From a bacterium (GTDB lineage: Bacteria; RBG-13-61-14; DATKZS01), in assembly GCA_963674965.2 (NCBI GenBank), contig CAXXFL010000002.1, positions 352,001 through 416,000 on the forward strand: 64,000 bases of DNA, given 5' to 3'. The notes below the pieces were generated by a model, which searched no databases, was not told where the DNA came from, and saw only the letters and a list, made by a program, of their open reading frames with translations. This document shows, piece by piece, positions 60,326 to 64,000 of this stretch (the stretch's first letter is position 1; each line of letters begins with the position of its first letter). A program made the translations under genes and the position numbers.

Positions 60326-61644
60326 GAGAATTTACGCGATCGAATGATGGAAAGACAAAACGAGAGTCACTCGGCCTCGCGATAGCGGCGGCTCTAACCT
60401 TAGCGGCGCTTTTCTTTTACGCCTGCGGCGGCCCTTCCAAATTGGATCGAGCGAGCAAGGAGGGCGAGGCGTCCGGCGAGAACGCGGGCAAAGTCGAGGA
60501 AAAAAACGCGCCGCTCGGCAAGAGCGGGGAGGATGCCCCCTCCGTGCCGCCGGTCCCGGCCTCCGCCGGGATCGACAAGGAGACGAGCTTTACCCTCGTT
60601 TATTCCACGGGACTGGGCGGAGAGCTGGTTGACTGCGGCTGTCCCGGCCATCCGAGGGGAGGAATGGCCAGGAGGGCCCAGTTCGTGAAAGATATCGCCC
60701 ACGCCCGGCCCGTTCTCCAGGTGGACGGAGGCGGAGCGTTCTTCAGCCCGAACAAGATAAACATGAAACCGGCGCCCAAGGATCTGGACGGCGCGAGAGT
60801 GATCGCCCGTTCCTACGCAAGGATGGGAATCTCCGCGGTTAACGTGAGCAAGTTCGACCTGGCCGGAGGGATCGACTTCCTGAAGAACGACGTCCTGGCC
60901 AAGGAGGGCAAGGGCAAACTTCCCCTGGTGTCGGCCAACCTGGTAAAGGACGGACAACTGGTGTTCCCTCCCTTCTCCATGGTCAAAAGCGGCGAGGCTT
61001 CCATCGGCGTGTTCGGCGTGTCGGACTCGGCCATGTCCCTGCCGGGGGGACGGCCAGACCTCGAGCCCGCTTATGAGCCGGGGGTCCGTTTTCTCGACCC
61101 GAAGGAATCGGCCGCCCGCATGGTGGCGGCGCTGAAGGGCAAGTGCGACCTTATAGTGGGACTTTACGGCATGGACCTGCGGACCGCCTCGACCATAGCC
61201 AAGGAAGTCCCGGGAGTCGATATAATAGTCGTCAGCGACAGGGGAGGGGCCAAGAAGCAAAGGCCCCTGGTGATCGGCGACACGCTTTTGCTTCAGGCCG
61301 GCGATCGGGGCATGTTCCTTGGCCGCATGGAGGTCACCCTGTTTCCCGGCGGCGTCAAGGAGGAGATATCCGAGACCCTTCGCCGGGATATGAAGGATGA
61401 ACTCGAGCGCATAACCGCCCAGAAAGCGGCCTTTGCCGGCTCCATTGGCCGCGACCCCGAGGTCAGGTCGAGGCTGAGGACGATCGAAAAGGAGGAGGAA
61501 AGGATTCTGGAGCGGCTCCGCGGTTCCAAGTCCAGGTTCGACTACGACAACGCGCTGGTCTCGGTGGACCTGGACTTCCCCGAGGACCCGGAAGTGGCGG
61601 CCTGGGTCCAGGCGATCGGGGTCGAGGCAAGGACCACGCATTAA
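60322..61644 (+). CDS. UshA/5'-nucleotidase-like lipoprotein (CGC motif)
   Basis: FYAC lipobox-like; GELVDCGC...GGMARR, VDGG, VSANL, GVDIIV, LGRMEV. Confidence 0.7.
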   Translation: MREFTRSNDGKTKRESLGLAIAAALTLAALFFYACGGPSKLDRASKEGEASGENAGKVEEKNAPLGKSGEDAPSVPPVPASAGIDKETSFTLVYSTGLGGELVDCGCPGHPRGGMARRAQFVKDIAHARPVLQVDGGGAFFSPNKINMKPAPKDLDGARVIARSYARMGISAVNVSKFDLAGGIDFLKNDVLAKEGKGKLPLVSANLVKDGQLVFPPFSMVKSGEASIGVFGVSDSAMSLPGGRPDLEPAYEPGVRFLDPKESAARMVAALKGKCDLIVGLYGMDLRTASTIAKEVPGVDIIVVSDRGGAKKQRPLVIGDTLLLQAGDRGMFLGRMEVTLFPGGVKEEISETLRRDMKDELERITAQKAAFAGSIGRDPEVRSRLRTIEKEEERILERLRGSKSRFDYDNALVSVDLDFPEDPEVAAWVQAIGVEARTTH

Positions 61645-61775
61645 GGTCGGGACGACGGCCGGCCGGGCCTGTCCGGTTGTCGCGGCCGTCGGATTGATGC
61701 ATAATTATATTTACCGCCCTCCGGTTTCCGGGCGAGCCCGCGCGAAGCCGGTCGGGACGATTTAGGACACACGCC

Positions 61776-62762
61776 ATGCCGGCAAACCTTACACCCGAGT
61801 ATCTCGAGGCGGAGAAGGCCTACCGCGAGGCCAAGACGAGCGAGGAAAAGCTCCACTGCCTCGAGTACATGCTCTCGGTCATACCCAAGCACAAGGGAAC
61901 GGACAAGATGCAGGGCGAGCTTCGCCGGAAGATCGCCAAGCTGAACAAAGAGGAAACCAAAAAAAGCGGAAGCCGCAAGAGCTCGATGTTCAACGTGCCC
62001 AAGGAGGGCGCCGGCCAGGTCGTTCTGGCGGGCGCGCCCAACTCCGGCAAGAGCACCGTGCTCGCCTCCCTTACCAACGCCGAGCCGGAAATAGCCGATT
62101 ACCCCTACACCACCGCCATGCCCCAACCCGGCATGATCCCCTACGAGAACATCAAGATACAGCTCGTGGACCTGCCCGGCATCGGCAAGGATTACACCGA
62201 GTCGTGGGTGCCCGGCATCGTGCGCAACGCGGACCTGGCGCTTTTGGTGGTCAACCTGGCCAGCGACGAGGTCCTCGAGGAGACGGAGTACGTTCTCGAG
62301 CGCCTGACCATGGGCAAGGTCGAGCTGGTGGAAAAGGTCACCCAGAGGTTCAAGCCCGACGGCTCCGCCCAGGTCAAGGCCAGGATGCTGCTGACCGGCT
62401 CCGACCACCCCGACGCGCCCGAGGTGATCGAGCTGATCGAGGAGGTCTTCGGCCGTAACTTTACCATGTGGCGCATGGGCAGGGGTATGGACGATCTGGC
62501 GGAGAAGGTCAAGATAAATATTTTTCAAGCGCTGGAAATAGTAAGAGTGTATACTAAGGGAAGAGGGAAGAAGCCCGAGTTCCAGGACCCGGTGGTCCTT
62601 CCCCTTGGCTCGACGGTGACGGACTTCGCTTTTCAGATTCACAAGGACCTTGCCCGCAACATGAAGTTCGCCAAAATCTGGGGCAAGGACAAGTACGACG
62701 GCCAAAAAGTGCAGCGCGATTACGAGCTGGTGGACGGAGACGTGATCGAGCTTCACGCCTGA
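61776..62762 (+). CDS. DRG/OBG-family GTPase with TGS domain
   Basis: MPANL, PKHKGT, GAPNSGKS, YPYTT, DLPG, IHKDL, DGDVIELH. Confidence 0.92.
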   Translation: MPANLTPEYLEAEKAYREAKTSEEKLHCLEYMLSVIPKHKGTDKMQGELRRKIAKLNKEETKKSGSRKSSMFNVPKEGAGQVVLAGAPNSGKSTVLASLTNAEPEIADYPYTTAMPQPGMIPYENIKIQLVDLPGIGKDYTESWVPGIVRNADLALLVVNLASDEVLEETEYVLERLTMGKVELVEKVTQRFKPDGSAQVKARMLLTGSDHPDAPEVIELIEEVFGRNFTMWRMGRGMDDLAEKVKINIFQALEIVRVYTKGRGKKPEFQDPVVLPLGSTVTDFAFQIHKDLARNMKFAKIWGKDKYDGQKVQRDYELVDGDVIELHA

Positions 62763-62793
62763 CGCCGCGGGAAAATCTTTCAGGAGAGTTTTT

Positions 62794-63216
62794 ATGCTTT
62801 TACCGGACCAGGGGCCTGCTCGCGAGTTCTCGCCTAAAAAGGGCGACCAGTACATAACCACGCTGGGCGACGACGCTAGGGCCAAGGACGTGCCCGAGGG
62901 CATAGTCGTCATGCTTCGCGTGGTGGAGGGCGAGGAGCCGGGCAAGGGATACCCGATCGACAAGACCCCCGCCACCATCGGCAGGGACGACATGTGCGAT
63001 ATCACCATTGTCGACAAGAGGATGAGCCGCCAGCACGCCATGCTCTTTTACTACTCCCCCAACTTCTACGTCAAGGACCTGGGAAGCACCAACGGCACCT
63101 TTGTCAACGACAAGAAAATCACCCAGGCCGCGGTCAAAAATGGGGACCGCGTCAAGACCGGGAACACGCTGCTCGAGCTCATCGTGAGCCCGGCCGTTCC
63201 CCGGACCATCGAATGA
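62794..63216 (+). CDS. FHA domain protein
   Basis: IGR, SRQHA, DLGSTNGTFVN. Confidence 0.9.
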   Translation: MLLPDQGPAREFSPKKGDQYITTLGDDARAKDVPEGIVVMLRVVEGEEPGKGYPIDKTPATIGRDDMCDITIVDKRMSRQHAMLFYYSPNFYVKDLGSTNGTFVNDKKITQAAVKNGDRVKTGNTLLELIVSPAVPRTIE

Positions 63217-63232
63217 AACCCGGGAGGAAAAC

Positions 63233-63994
63233 ATGCGCCTGGTAACCGCTTCCATGCGCCATCAAGGCCGATACAGGGACCACAATGAGGACCACGTGCT
63301 GGCGGCCGACGACGTCCGACTTTACGCCGTGGCCGACGGCGTCGAGGGCGAGCCCTTTGGAGAGATAGCGTCCCAGCTCGCGATCGAGACCCTTCACCAG
63401 ACCATTAAGTCTATAAACCTGGACGAGGACGCCACCCCTCCCTTCGACTACGCCCAGGGCATTCCCCTGCCGGCCAGGGCGCTAAAGTTCGCCTTCCGCG
63501 AGGCCAACCGCCGCATAATCGAGAAGGGCGGGAAGGAAGAGAAATTCAAGGGCATGGCCACAACCCTGTGCGCGGCCTGGTTTATCGAGAACAAGCTTTT
63601 CGTGGCCAACGTGGGAGACTCGAGGGCCTACCTTACCAGGAAGGGAAAAATCCTCCAGCTATCCAAGGACCACACCACCCTGGCGCAGGGAAACTCGGAC
63701 GAGAAGCTCGACTCCGCCTTTATGGAGGACTACAGCCCCAGCCTCGAGCACGAGCTGTCAAGGGCCATGGGGATAAACGACGACGTCGAGGTCCAGTTGA
63801 CGGGTGGGGCCATCGAGGCCGGAGACGTGCTCATACTATGCACCGACGGGCTCTACGGCGACCTCCGGGAGTGGGAGATAATGGAAAAGGTGAAGGAAAC
63901 CACGCCCAAGCTGGCCGCCAAGGCCCTGGTGGACCTGGCCATTAAAAAAGGCGGCATGGACAACGTGGCCGTCGTGATCGTCCAGGCGGCCTGA
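63233..63994 (+). CDS. PP2C-family Ser/Thr phosphatase
   Basis: RDHNED, VADG, NVGDSRAY, LSRAMG, CTDGL, GGMDN. Confidence 0.92.
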   Translation: MRLVTASMRHQGRYRDHNEDHVLAADDVRLYAVADGVEGEPFGEIASQLAIETLHQTIKSINLDEDATPPFDYAQGIPLPARALKFAFREANRRIIEKGGKEEKFKGMATTLCAAWFIENKLFVANVGDSRAYLTRKGKILQLSKDHTTLAQGNSDEKLDSAFMEDYSPSLEHELSRAMGINDDVEVQLTGGAIEAGDVLILCTDGLYGDLREWEIMEKVKETTPKLAAKALVDLAIKKGGMDNVAVVIVQAA

Positions 63995-64000
63995 CGGACG

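Overview
64 kb of a GC-rich bacterial chromosome. Gene content points to an anaerobe of deltaproteobacterial type (inference). Left to right: (1) a pair of 2-hydroxyacyl-CoA dehydratase-family genes; (2) an accessory island of about 8 kb carrying a REPIN-like element, a perfect sigma70 promoter, a five-gene GAK-type operon (PHP-like, amphi-Trp, PhoU-phosphotransferase fusion, ATP-grasp, HprK-related kinase B), an Mrr endonuclease, and a 215-bp-period array of nested palindromic repeats in which one 44-bp spacer is replaced by an AT-rich orphan lipoprotein gene with its own RBS; (3) a radical SAM/metallophosphoesterase pair divergent from a lone araB, with five copies of a TTTACC-N4-GGTAAA palindrome between them; (4) a 10.6-kb operon joining 2-oxoacid:ferredoxin oxidoreductase (delta, alpha, beta, gamma) to an HdrL/MvhD/HdrD/HdrA-MvhD module whose HdrA has an in-frame UGA followed by a SECIS-like hairpin (selenocysteine); (5) mixed housekeeping and accessory genes: three more radical SAM enzymes, CocE hydrolase, DEDDh exonuclease, ECF sigma, frameshifted sulfatase, xsc, AI-2E transporter, Tat-signal SOD, a small toxin-antitoxin pair, hybrid kinases, an FN3 lipoprotein with PgaB-like and UshA-like neighbours, DRG GTPase, FHA and PP2C. 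No rRNA, tRNA, CRISPR, integrase or transposase was recognised. All family calls come from motif recognition by eye, not from database searches.
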